Assembly: GCA_051744605.1 (NCBI GenBank)
Contig: JBNJDE010000001.1
Location: 1,580 to 65,579, forward strand
Source of the DNA: Halobacteriota archaeon
Lineage (GTDB): Archaea; Halobacteriota; Halobacteria; Halobacteriales; Halobacteriaceae
Direction of reading: 5' to 3'
Length of the DNA stretch: 64,000 nt
Position 1 is the stretch's first letter, and each line of letters opens with the position of its first letter. The position numbers and the translations under genes are program-made. The notes below the pieces were generated by a model, which saw only the letters and a list, made by a program, of their open reading frames with translations, searched no databases and was not told the origin of the DNA. This document shows positions 1 through 8,991 of this stretch, piece by piece.

Positions 1-113
1 TTGACGGCGAGGACGCCGCGGATCGCCCCGTAGCCCGCTCTCTGATCGGCATCCCGGATGGCGGTCGCTACTTTCCCCCCGGCCTGTCCCAGGCCGATCA
101 ACGCGGCTTTCAT
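1..113 (-). CDS. cetZ: CetZ (tubulin/FtsZ family) protein, N-terminal fragment (continues off the left edge); CetZ2-like
   Basis: Manual translation from ATG at 113 gives MKAALIGLGQAGGKVATAIRDADQRAGYGAIRGVLAVN. This has the FtsZ/tubulin T1 loop (IG(L/V)GQAGGK) and the following 'AVN(T)' strand. Too short to appear in the ORF track. Confidence 0.9.
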   Translation of the reverse strand, partial: MKAALIGLGQAGGKVATAIRDADQRAGYGAIRGVLAV

Positions 114-193
114 ACCCGAGTGATTGCCGGCCCGGCCTATCAACGTTTGGCCGTCCGATCCTTTTTGTATCGAGACCGGCCCAACCGATCTCG

Positions 194-604
194 ATGCAGC
201 GAACCCGGTCCCTCGAGGAGCGACTCGATGCGGTGGAGCGAGCAGTCACAGACGGGGAGGTGCCCGTCGCGGACGTGGAAGACGCGGCCGAACGCACGGC
301 CCGCATCGAGCGCGTCGAGTCGCGACTCGATACGATGGAAGCACAGGTCGACGACCTCGAGGCCGCAGTCTCGGCCATCCGCGGGTACGTCGGCGAACTG
401 CGACACGTGAACCGGGAGGTCGAACGGACGGCCGCCGCTGCCGTCGCCGCCGTCGACCGACTGGACGCTGGTTCGGGGCCGTCACCACCGATCGCCCGTG
501 TCGACACCGACGAGCGGGTGGTTCCCGAGACGCGTCCAGCAGACGAAGCGGCCGGTGCCGAAGCGGACCGCGCGGTCCTCGATCGGCTGCGAGCGCTGCT
601 GTGA
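194..604 (+). CDS. Small acidic coiled-coil protein, first gene of the pilus-like operon
   Basis: 136-aa acidic ORF with heptad-like stretch (RIERVESRLDTMEAQVDDLEAAVSAIRGYV). TATA-like CTTTTTGTAT at 161-170. Stop overlaps the next GTG start (GTGA). Confidence 0.75.
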   Translation: MQRTRSLEERLDAVERAVTDGEVPVADVEDAAERTARIERVESRLDTMEAQVDDLEAAVSAIRGYVGELRHVNREVERTAAAAVAAVDRLDAGSGPSPPIARVDTDERVVPETRPADEAAGAEADRAVLDRLRALL

Positions 605-1158
605 TCGTCCGTCTCGTCCTCGCGGCGGTCGTCGCGGCGGCACTCCTCGGGGCAGCGATGCCCGTGGTCGACGACGCGAGACACGGGGTGGCGGCGACGG
701 ACGCGGACCGTTCGGCCACGGCGATAGCGGACGCCATCACCGACATCCACCGGTCGAGCGACCCCGTTCCACGAGGGGTCGCCGGCGCGAAGCGGATCGT
801 GACCGTCGAGACTGCCGACGGGGCGACGATCACGGTCGGGAGCCAGTCGAACCGAACCGCGTCAGGCGCGCGCGAGAAGCGGACCGAACCAGGTTCGAGC
901 GAGAATGGAACCGCGTCGGGGACGAGCGAGAATCGAACCGGTATGGACGGACCGACGGACGACGTCATCTCGTATCGGGTTCCGTCAGGGACCACGGGAA
1001 CCGTCGCGGTCGACGCGGACGTTCGCGTCGTGAAGAACGGGTCCGTTCGGCCCGACGGGGAAGGGCTCACGCTCCGCGACGGGCAGCGCGCCGTCCTTCG
1101 ACACGAACTGGTCGAGGGACACCCGACCGTGACGGTCGAGAGAGTTTATCCCGGATGA
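601..1158 (+). CDS. Membrane-anchored pilin-like/accessory protein with internal 9-aa repeat
   Basis: GTG at 601 overlaps the upstream stop. N-terminal hydrophobic helix (IVRLVLAAVVAAALLGAAMP) is followed by a beta-rich acidic domain. ATGA overlap with the ATPase gene. Confidence 0.7.
   Translation: MIVRLVLAAVVAAALLGAAMPVVDDARHGVAATDADRSATAIADAITDIHRSSDPVPRGVAGAKRIVTVETADGATITVGSQSNRTASGAREKRTEPGSSENGTASGTSENRTGMDGPTDDVISYRVPSGTTGTVAVDADVRVVKNGSVRPDGEGLTLRDGQRAVLRHELVEGHPTVTVERVYPG
853..942 (+). repeat. Degenerate 27-bp in-frame tandem repeat (3 units plus a partial)
   Basis: Units at 853-879, 880-906, 907-933 and a partial at 934-942 encode RTASGAREK / RTEPGSSEN / GTASGTSEN / RTG. GAGCGAGAAT recurs at 897 and 924; GAACCGCGTC recurs at 854 and 908. 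Confidence 0.75.
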
Positions 1159-2996
1159 CCGGACCAGCCCGCCCTATGTTCACCGAGTCCGAGGGTGGTG
1201 CCGAGTGCGCCTGCGCGCACGATTTCGTGGAGGATCGACTCGTGGTCGACGCCGAGGAGTGCTCCGGCGACGGGGACCTCGCCACGGACTCCGCGTGTCG
1301 CGCACACGTCGTCCGTTCCCTTCGCGAGCGGTCCGTCGCGGTCGTCCGCGTGGAGCGCGACGGCGTCGCGGTCTCGTACGAGGGGCGGTCCGCCCGACTG
1401 CTGTCGATCGCTGGAGCGTTCGCCGCCCGGGTCGCGGCGCGCGACGTCGAACTCGCGGAGCGGACCGAACGGGCGCCACTCGCCGCCGCACGAGACGCCT
1501 CCAGTCGTGTGGGCCCGGTCAGGGACCTGGCGGCGGAGACGGGCTTTGCCCGGTATGCGGAACTGGACGACCTCGACTCCGTTCTCGTCGGTGCGATCGG
1601 GCCGTCGATCGCCGCCGCCAGGGTCGATCCTCGACCACCTGAAGACGCACGGGTCCTCACGTCACGGGTACTCGATTCCGGCGCCACTGCGCGGGTCTAC
1701 GAGACCGACGGCGAGCGTCGCTACCACCTGGAACCGCTCGAGTACACCTTCGGAGCGACGGCCTTCGCGACGCTGGAACGGGCCCACGCCGAACTCGCCA
1801 CGCTGAAACCCGGGCGTCGGTCGGCACACGACGCAGTCGCCACCGTCGCGGACGCCGACCAGCCACTGGATGCACTCGGTCGCGTTCTCGCGAAACACAC
1901 CCGGGGATACGGCGTCCTCGACGACCTGTTCGCGGATCCCCGTGTGGGTGAGGTGTACGTCAACGCCCCGGCCGACGAGACGCCGCTCCACGTCCGTGTC
2001 GATGGACGGACCATGCAGACGAACGTGCGACTGACCGAACGGGGTGCGAAACTCGTGGCCTCCCGCATCCGCATGGAGAGCGGCCGGGCGTTCTCGCGGG
2101 CCGACCCGACCGTCGACGCCCTGCTCACGGACGTCGGCGGGCGGACGGCAGTCCGCGTCGCCGGCGTCCAGCCGCCAGCGAGCGAGGGGCTCGCGTTCGC
2201 CTTCAGGGCCGAGGCCACCGACGAGTGGCGCCTCGCCACGCTGGTTGATCTCGGCACGCTCTCCCCGCGAGCGGCCGGGTTCCTCGCAACGGCGATGAGC
2301 CGTGGCGCTGCCGTCCTCGTCGCGGGGCCACGGGGCGCCGGGAAGACGACGCTCGCGTCCGCGTTGCTCTGGGAACTGCCCCGGGAGGAGCGACTCCTCG
2401 CCATCGAGGACACCCCCGAACTCCCGATTCGGTCGATCCAGGCGGCCGGTCGGGACGCCCAGCGACTCCAGGCGGCACCGGACGACGCCGACCTCTCCCC
2501 CGCAGAAGCGCTACGAACCGCGCTTCGACTCGGCGATGGTGCCCTCGCCGTCGGCGAGGTCAGGGGGCCGGAGGCCGCCGTCCTCTACGAGGCGATGCGA
2601 GTCGGCGCGGCGTCCAGTGCCGTCCTCGGGACCATCCACGGCGAGGGTGCCGACGGCGTGCGAGAGCGAGTCGTCTCCGACCTGGGCGTCCCGGCGTCGT
2701 CGTTCCGGACGACCGACCTCGTCGTGACCATCGTCCCGGACGGGGCAGACCGGCGGGTGGCGGCCATCGAGGAGATAACGGACGCTGGCCCGAGCACGCT
2801 CTTCGAACTGACGGACGACGGCGTCGAACCGACCGGGCGGATCGCCAGAGGAAACAGCGAGTTCCTCGCAGCGATGGCCACGGCCTCGGAGTCCTACGCG
2901 GACGTCCGTGAGTGCATCGGGGAACGCGTGGGGGACTTCGAGGCCGACGCACCGCCCGGCGATTCGGTGGCGGCTCCAGGGACGGTGACCCCATGA
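1155..2996 (+). CDS. pilB: Type II/IV secretion (PilB/VirB11/CpaF-like) ATPase
   Basis: ATG at 1155 (ATGA overlap). Walker A GPRGAGKTT, Asp box LAIEDTPEL, Walker B LAVGEVRG, His box GTIHG. Confidence 0.9.
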   Translation: MTGPARPMFTESEGGAECACAHDFVEDRLVVDAEECSGDGDLATDSACRAHVVRSLRERSVAVVRVERDGVAVSYEGRSARLLSIAGAFAARVAARDVELAERTERAPLAAARDASSRVGPVRDLAAETGFARYAELDDLDSVLVGAIGPSIAAARVDPRPPEDARVLTSRVLDSGATARVYETDGERRYHLEPLEYTFGATAFATLERAHAELATLKPGRRSAHDAVATVADADQPLDALGRVLAKHTRGYGVLDDLFADPRVGEVYVNAPADETPLHVRVDGRTMQTNVRLTERGAKLVASRIRMESGRAFSRADPTVDALLTDVGGRTAVRVAGVQPPASEGLAFAFRAEATDEWRLATLVDLGTLSPRAAGFLATAMSRGAAVLVAGPRGAGKTTLASALLWELPREERLLAIEDTPELPIRSIQAAGRDAQRLQAAPDDADLSPAEALRTALRLGDGALAVGEVRGPEAAVLYEAMRVGAASSAVLGTIHGEGADGVRERVVSDLGVPASSFRTTDLVVTIVPDGADRRVAAIEEITDAGPSTLFELTDDGVEPTGRIARGNSEFLAAMATASESYADVRECIGERVGDFEADAPPGDSVAAPGTVTP

Positions 2997-4675
2997 CGGC
3001 TGAACAACGACGGCGCTGGCACGGGCTGTCGGTGGCCATCGAGGACTCGATACCGATCGCCGACACGCCCGAACTCTCCCGGCACCCGTCTCTCACGGTC
3101 GCCGGCGTGACGCTGGTTGCTGGTGCACTACTCGTCGTCGCGGGAAGCGTCCTGCTGGCGTCCGGGTCGGCGCGTGCTGCAGGAGTCGGACTCGGTGTCG
3201 CGCTGGGCGCGCTCGCGACGTACGGAACCTGGTTCGCACCGTCGGCGGTCGAGTCGTATCGCCGCCGGACGGCCGTCGGCTCGGTGCCCGAGGTGGTGGC
3301 CTACGCCGTGCTCCAGGCGCGACTGACGCCATCGCTCGAACGGGCCGCTCGCTTCGCCGGGAAGCAGTCGGGCGGCCTGCTCGGCCAGGACCTCGCCACC
3401 GTGGGAAGTGGCGACGCCACCGGGCAGGCCGGATGGGAATCCTTCGCCGCCGAGTGGTCCGCGTACGACGAGTCGCTCCCGCGGTCGGTCTCCCTGCTCA
3501 CCGCCGGGATCGACTCGGCGCAACCGGCCCGTGACGCATTGCTCGACCGTGCCCTCGATACTGCCCTTGCGGGGTCCCGAGAACGAGTGGCGAGCTTCGC
3601 GTCGTCGATCAGGGCACCGGCGACCGGGATCTACGCCTTCGGTGTGCTCTTACCGCTCGCGATGGTCGGGCTGCTACCCGTGGCGTCGAGTGCGGGGGCC
3701 GGCGTCTCCCCCGCCGCCATCGCCGTCCTGTACGACGGAGTCATCCCGATCGGTCTCCTGGTGGCGAGTGGCTGGCTCGCCGCTCGTCGACCCGCCGTCT
3801 CACGGCCGCCCTCCGGTATCGACAGTCTCGCTTCGCCTCGATCTGCGGCCCATACGATTCTCCTCGCCGCCGGGGCGGGCGTCACGGCAGGCGTCCTCGC
3901 GTCCCTCGTGCTACCGGCCTGGACGACCTGGATCGTGGCGCCCGGAATCGCCGCCGGCACGGCGGCGATCTACTGGTTCGAGCCGATCCGGAACCGCCGA
4001 CGGCGGGTGGAATCGATCGAGTCCGGGGTCCCCGATGCCGTCTCGCTCGTCGGACACCGACTGGCGGCTGGCGACCCACTGGAGGCCGCGATCGCCGTCG
4101 TCGGGGAGCGGATGACCGGCGAGACCGCCAGCGTGTTCCGCGAGGGGACGCGCGTGCATCGACGGCTCCGGGTGACCGTCCCCGAAGCGTTCACCGGGTC
4201 TAGCGGCGCCCTCTCTGCGTTCGAGAGTCGACGAACGGAGACGGCCGTCGCGTTGCTCGCCGCTGCAGCACGGAACGGCACGGCGGGTGGCGAGACCCTC
4301 GTCGACATCGCCGGCTACCTCCGCGACCTGGACGACGTCGAACGGGACGCGCGTCGAGAGCTGGCGCGGACGACGGACACCTTGCGACAGACCGCGCTGG
4401 TGTTCGGTCCCGCCATCGCCGGCGTCACCGTCGCGCTCGCGACCGGCATGGGCTCGCTCGGCGAGCACGGGCAAGCCGTCCCGGTTCCCGCGCTGGGTGT
4501 CGCCGTCGGTGGCTACGTCCTCGCGCTCGCCGTCGTCCTCCCGGCGCTCTCCGTGGTCCTCGAACGGGGGTACGATGGGGCGATCGTCGGCCACCGGGTC
4601 GGCATCGCGCTCCTCACCGCCAGCACCGTCTATCCAGTCACGTTCCTCGCGGCACGCAGCGTGGTACAGGTTTAA
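2993..4675 (+). CDS. pilC: Type IV pilus membrane platform protein (PilC/TadB-TadC-like)
   Basis: ATG at 2993 overlaps the ATPase stop. Polytopic, with two cytoplasmic T2SS-F-like lobes (…TPSLERAA…; …AAGDPLEAAI…) each followed by TM helices. Confidence 0.8.
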   Translation: MTAEQRRRWHGLSVAIEDSIPIADTPELSRHPSLTVAGVTLVAGALLVVAGSVLLASGSARAAGVGLGVALGALATYGTWFAPSAVESYRRRTAVGSVPEVVAYAVLQARLTPSLERAARFAGKQSGGLLGQDLATVGSGDATGQAGWESFAAEWSAYDESLPRSVSLLTAGIDSAQPARDALLDRALDTALAGSRERVASFASSIRAPATGIYAFGVLLPLAMVGLLPVASSAGAGVSPAAIAVLYDGVIPIGLLVASGWLAARRPAVSRPPSGIDSLASPRSAAHTILLAAGAGVTAGVLASLVLPAWTTWIVAPGIAAGTAAIYWFEPIRNRRRRVESIESGVPDAVSLVGHRLAAGDPLEAAIAVVGERMTGETASVFREGTRVHRRLRVTVPEAFTGSSGALSAFESRRTETAVALLAAAARNGTAGGETLVDIAGYLRDLDDVERDARRELARTTDTLRQTALVFGPAIAGVTVALATGMGSLGEHGQAVPVPALGVAVGGYVLALAVVLPALSVVLERGYDGAIVGHRVGIALLTASTVYPVTFLAARSVVQV

Positions 4676-4701
4676 CCCACAGGACCGGACCACCCCGTCC
4701 C

Positions 4702-5169
4702 ATGAACGCGACTCCCGCCGACGTACCGTTCGTCTGGATCGCCCTGCTCGTCGTCAGTGCGAGCGTCTTCGGTGTCGTCCTCTCGGTACCGACCGCACCG
4801 CCACCGGACGCCGACCGTGTGGCGGACGCCATCGACGAGGTCGCGGCCACCGACCACGCCGCGGAGACGGTGATACCGATCGACGCGACGGCGGTCAGGA
4901 TCGAACCGACGTCGATCGCCCTTCGAGATTCGGGTGGGTCGGCCCACGCGTCGTTGTACTTCGGGCCGGTCGTGCCGGCGCAGCCGGACAGTGACCTCGC
5001 GGCGGTGGCACGGGGGACACCGCCCGATGCGGTGTATGCCACGCCGGCGGCGTTCGAGGCCGCTCTCGACCGAGCACAGACGCGAGAGCATACCTGGCGA
5101 ACGGCTGGCGACGAACTCCGAGTTCGTCGGGTCCAGTTCGGGGAGGTCGACGGTGTCATCGTCGGGTAG
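4702..5169 (+). CDS. Pilin-like/accessory membrane-anchored protein
   Basis: 155 aa, single N-terminal hydrophobic helix (VPFVWIALLVVSASVFGVVL), acidic globular domain; inside the operon. Confidence 0.7.
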   Translation: MNATPADVPFVWIALLVVSASVFGVVLSVPTAPPPDADRVADAIDEVAATDHAAETVIPIDATAVRIEPTSIALRDSGGSAHASLYFGPVVPAQPDSDLAAVARGTPPDAVYATPAAFEAALDRAQTREHTWRTAGDELRVRRVQFGEVDGVIVG

Positions 5170-5527
5170 CAGGGCCCAGGTCGAACCGCTCCCCGCGCTC
5201 GTCGCGGTGAGCGCGTTCGTCGCCGCACTGGCGGTCTACGCGGTCGCGTTCCACGACGTGCCCACCGATACCGACCGGGACGTCGAGACGCAGGCGCTCG
5301 CGGCGGTGGTGGAGTCCGCGTCGACCGCCGGCGTTCTCGACCCGGCGGCGGTTCCAGACGATGGCCCGGCCGGCCACGAGATGGCGGTCGTCGTCCGGGC
5401 CGACGGCAGCGAGTGGAACACGGGTCCCGAACCCCCGGACGATGCCAGATCGGCAACGAGACAGGTCCTCGTCGGCACCGATCGCGGTGAGCAGGTGGGG
5501 CGCATCAGGGTCTGGGTGTGGCGATGA
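5153..5527 (+). CDS. Pilin-like protein with class III-like signal
   Basis: GTG at 5153 gives MSSSGSRA/QVEPLPALVAVSAFVAALAVYA: basic-small residue pair followed by a hydrophobic helix. ATGA overlap with the next gene. Confidence 0.7.
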   Translation: MSSSGSRAQVEPLPALVAVSAFVAALAVYAVAFHDVPTDTDRDVETQALAAVVESASTAGVLDPAAVPDDGPAGHEMAVVVRADGSEWNTGPEPPDDARSATRQVLVGTDRGEQVGRIRVWVWR

Positions 5528-6072
5528 ACCGGGGTATCAGTACGGTCCTCGACGTGGGATTCGCCATCGTCCTGGTGGGCGCGAGCGTCGCGGTCCTCGC
5601 CGGCGTGCCCTCGACGGGCGTCGACCAGCAACCCGCCGTCCACGCGGGCGGTGGCGTCGCGGTCGCCGGCAGCACCATGACGGTGCAGTACGAGCGAGAG
5701 GACGATCGGTCGGCAGTCGTCACACGGACCGTCGCGGGCCACGTACGCGATGCCGCCATCGCACGGGACCAGGGCGTCGGGGAGACGTACGTCGCTGCCG
5801 TCGAGGCGGACGTCGCCGATCGCATCGAGGAGACGGGGACGCGCACGCAAATCGTCGGCGCGTGCGTCGAGGACGGTCGTGCGTCGACCATGGGATCGGA
5901 ACCGAGTCACGGGAGCGGAAACGCGGGACAGGACGCCGGGACGGTCGTCGCTGGTCCCGCGCCACCGACCGGGGCACCGGTCGACGCGACGGTGTATCGC
6001 TGGAACGAGTCCGCAGTTCCGTCCTCGCCGGCGTGCCAGCCGGTGGTCGTCGTCCGGAGCTGGTCGCCGTGA
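5524..6072 (+). CDS. Pilin-like protein with class III signal peptide
   Basis: MNRG/ISTVLDVGFAIVLVGASVAVLAG matches the archaeal prepilin-peptidase [KR][GA]/x pattern. GTGA overlap with the next gene. Confidence 0.75.
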   Translation: MNRGISTVLDVGFAIVLVGASVAVLAGVPSTGVDQQPAVHAGGGVAVAGSTMTVQYEREDDRSAVVTRTVAGHVRDAAIARDQGVGETYVAAVEADVADRIEETGTRTQIVGACVEDGRASTMGSEPSHGSGNAGQDAGTVVAGPAPPTGAPVDATVYRWNESAVPSSPACQPVVVVRSWSP

Positions 6073-8945
6073 CCTTCGTCGCGGACGAGCGAGGTCGCGT
6101 GCCGTTCGCGCTCGTCGCGGCGCTGTTGCTCGTGAGCAGTCTGACGTACACGAGCGGCCTCGTTCACGAGGAACCCGCGGAGCCGGTCTCGCCCCGGCTG
6201 GTCGAGGAGGCGACCGCGGAGGCTCGCATCCAGCTCGGGAGCGTGGCACGCACGGCCGATCGGCACGCGGCGGCCGAACCCGTGACGACCGTGGCGACGA
6301 CCCGACTCGGTCGGGTACTCGCCGACGACCCGTTCGAGCGCTCCCTCGAACTCCGTATCGCCGTCCTGGCTCGCCAGGACGTCGTCGCGAATCGCACGGC
6401 AGACGGGTCCCGCGTCGAGGTCACGGTCCCGCCGATTACGGACGAAGCCGACGCCCGCCGGGCGCTCCGGGAGGTATCGACGACTCACCTCACCGACGAT
6501 AGATACCGCGTTCGGCTGGAGAACGTCTCCGTGAGGGTCCACCGAGATGGACGTGTGGTAGACGAAGACACCATCGCCCTCGAGACGACGGTCGCGCTCC
6601 CATCGATGGCCGTCCACCAGCGTGCAGGGACCTTCGAGCGCCGACTGTCGGCGGGCGTCACGGAACCGGGCCTCGAGCGAGGGCTGACCACCCGGCTGTT
6701 CGCACTGGCCTGGGTTCGTGGCTACGCGCAGTACGGCGGCGCACCGATATCGAACGTCGTGGCGAACCGCCACGTCGGCGTGCTCACGAACGACGTGCTC
6801 GTCGACCAGCAGGTGGCCACCTTCGGTCGGGCCGACCCCGATAGCCGTCGCGGCGTGGCCCGGGCGGGTGCGGACGTCGCCGTCGCCGACGGGGTCGGTG
6901 GGATGGAGAGCCTCATCTCCGCCGAGATGGGGCCCGACGACGAGGCGGCCAAACCCGAGGGTGCCGCCTCGCTCGGGGCCATCGATACGCCGTCGGTCAT
7001 GGACGATTCCCACGAGTACGACGTGGGCCGCGGTGCGGACGAGACGTTCGTGGACTTCGTCGATGGAAGCGGGCTGGACGACGCGCTCTCGGCGGCGTAT
7101 CGGGCTCGGATCCGCCCGGAGGCCACGGCTCGACAGACCGACTATTCGGTGCGCCACGACGGCAGTCGGCCGGCGAACGGGACGCCACAGTTCTCGTACA
7201 CGACGACCGACAGAACGGTCCGTGGTGACGACCGGACGACTGCTCGTGGGTCGACGGTGCTCCGATACGAGCGGACGGTGACGGTCACCGAGACGGAGCA
7301 CACCTACTGGACGGTCAACCGGACCGTCGTCGCGACGACGAGTACCGAACGAGAGCGCACCTACGACGTCTCCATCGACGTCCGCTGTCGCTACGACGCT
7401 CCCGACGCCCCCGGTGGTCGCGTGACCCGCGCGTGCCCATTCGGGGATTCGGCACGTGCCGACCTCGAAGACGAGGCGACCAGCGCGGTAGCGGGGCGGT
7501 TCGGCGGGGTGGATTCGATCGCCGAAGACGCCGTCCGTGGCGACCCGTCGTACCGGTGGCGAACGGTTTCCGTCGATCCGCCGAGACAGGCTCGTGAGCG
7601 AGCATACGCTTCGACCGCCGATCTGCGAGACGACCTTCGGGACGTCGACGTCGCGGTCGAACCAGCCTCGATGGCGTCCACGGCGAATCCGGCGTCTCGG
7701 TTGTCCGAGAACGTCCATCGGCGCCACGACCGGCTGGTGGCAGCCCCTCGATCCTATCGCTCGGCGGCCGCGGTGGCGGAGTACGTCGCCAGAGAACGGT
7801 ACCTCGACGCGATGGAGGACGACCTCGACGACCACTCGTCGACGTTCGCCGGGATGCAGGACGCGCTGGGGGACGTGATGGCCGACCACGCGGTCCCGAG
7901 TGAGCCTCCTGCGGGGGAACCCGACACGCTCCCACCCATCGCCTCGTCCGTCGAGGCCGAACCACGGTACCTGTCGCTCGAGGCGGAACGAGGGTCGCCC
8001 AACCTCGCCGCCAGGAACGTCAACGTGTTCACGGTCCCGTACGGGGACGCCGCGGACTCGGTCTCGGGGGTCGTCGGCGGGGACGACGAGTCGACGTCGC
8101 TCTCGACGGCCACCAGCACCCTCGTGGCCACGAACCGCGCGCTCGCCGAGGAGCCCGATCCGCAGTTGCGTGCCGAACGGGACGGACTTCGCGTAGCGAT
8201 CCGCCAGTCGCTCGACGCCGTCCGCGAGGAACAGCGACGGGCGCTTCGGGAGAGCGCTGGACTATCGCGGACCGAGGCGACCAGGGCCCTCGATGCAGGA
8301 TACGACCGACACGGTTCGACCGCTTCGCGCGCCACCGCGGTCGTCGAGGGGACGATCTCGGGCGACGTCGCGGCGTCGCTCCCCGACTCGCTGTCGGCGA
8401 GCGAACGTGACCGTGCCAAGGTGGCACTGCGGGTGGCGACGACCGAGGCGCGAGACGCAGCGTCGGTCAGCGTCGACGAATCCACCGTCTCCGCCGCGAC
8501 CGACCGATTGCGCCCCCACCTCCGCGAGGGCGTCGATCAGGCGGTTCGCGTGGGGACCCATCGTGCGGTGTCGCTGGGGAAACGGCGGGCGATGCGCTCG
8601 GCCGCGGCCGAGATCCCCGCGGGACTCCCGCTGACGCCCGTTCCGGGCCAGTGGTACGCGACCGCGAACGTCTGGGTGGTCTCCGTCGAGGGCGGTTACG
8701 ACCGATTCACCGTCGAGACGCCGCGAGCGACGCCGATTCACGGCGACGACGGGACGATATCGTACGTCCGCGAATCCGCGGCCGTGACGCTCGACGTCGA
8801 CGACGACGGCATCGAGGAGACCATCGGCCGGAACGAACCCATCGACCTGTCCGCCGACACCGGGGTCGTCGTGGTGGTCCCCCCAGGGCCCGCCGGCGTG
8901 GGCGATACGAACGGGGTCGCCGACGAACGGTCCCCCGGCTGGTGA
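6069..8945 (+). CDS. Large (958 aa) pilin-signal extracellular protein, putative adhesin/tip protein
   Basis: GTG at 6069 gives MTFVADERG/RVPFALVAALLLVSSL. Long acidic beta-rich body with no further TM helix. DVDDDG loop near the C-terminus. Confidence 0.8.
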   Translation: MTFVADERGRVPFALVAALLLVSSLTYTSGLVHEEPAEPVSPRLVEEATAEARIQLGSVARTADRHAAAEPVTTVATTRLGRVLADDPFERSLELRIAVLARQDVVANRTADGSRVEVTVPPITDEADARRALREVSTTHLTDDRYRVRLENVSVRVHRDGRVVDEDTIALETTVALPSMAVHQRAGTFERRLSAGVTEPGLERGLTTRLFALAWVRGYAQYGGAPISNVVANRHVGVLTNDVLVDQQVATFGRADPDSRRGVARAGADVAVADGVGGMESLISAEMGPDDEAAKPEGAASLGAIDTPSVMDDSHEYDVGRGADETFVDFVDGSGLDDALSAAYRARIRPEATARQTDYSVRHDGSRPANGTPQFSYTTTDRTVRGDDRTTARGSTVLRYERTVTVTETEHTYWTVNRTVVATTSTERERTYDVSIDVRCRYDAPDAPGGRVTRACPFGDSARADLEDEATSAVAGRFGGVDSIAEDAVRGDPSYRWRTVSVDPPRQARERAYASTADLRDDLRDVDVAVEPASMASTANPASRLSENVHRRHDRLVAAPRSYRSAAAVAEYVARERYLDAMEDDLDDHSSTFAGMQDALGDVMADHAVPSEPPAGEPDTLPPIASSVEAEPRYLSLEAERGSPNLAARNVNVFTVPYGDAADSVSGVVGGDDESTSLSTATSTLVATNRALAEEPDPQLRAERDGLRVAIRQSLDAVREEQRRALRESAGLSRTEATRALDAGYDRHGSTASRATAVVEGTISGDVAASLPDSLSASERDRAKVALRVATTEARDAASVSVDESTVSAATDRLRPHLREGVDQAVRVGTHRAVSLGKRRAMRSAAAEIPAGLPLTPVPGQWYATANVWVVSVEGGYDRFTVETPRATPIHGDDGTISYVRESAAVTLDVDDDGIEETIGRNEPIDLSADTGVVVVVPPGPAGVGDTNGVADERSPGW

Positions 8946-8991
8946 GACCGGGAACAACATCCACAATACCCCTGCCGGCGTATGGGCGGGC

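Noticed and set aside
124-6068. Long 5' extensions in the ORF track (124..1158, 498..2996, 2912..4675, 4934..5527, 5361..8945)
   Set aside because: The extensions are Arg/Pro-rich off-frame read-through of upstream genes. True starts are set by GTGA/ATGA overlaps and by the onset of acidic, haloarchaeal-type sequence.
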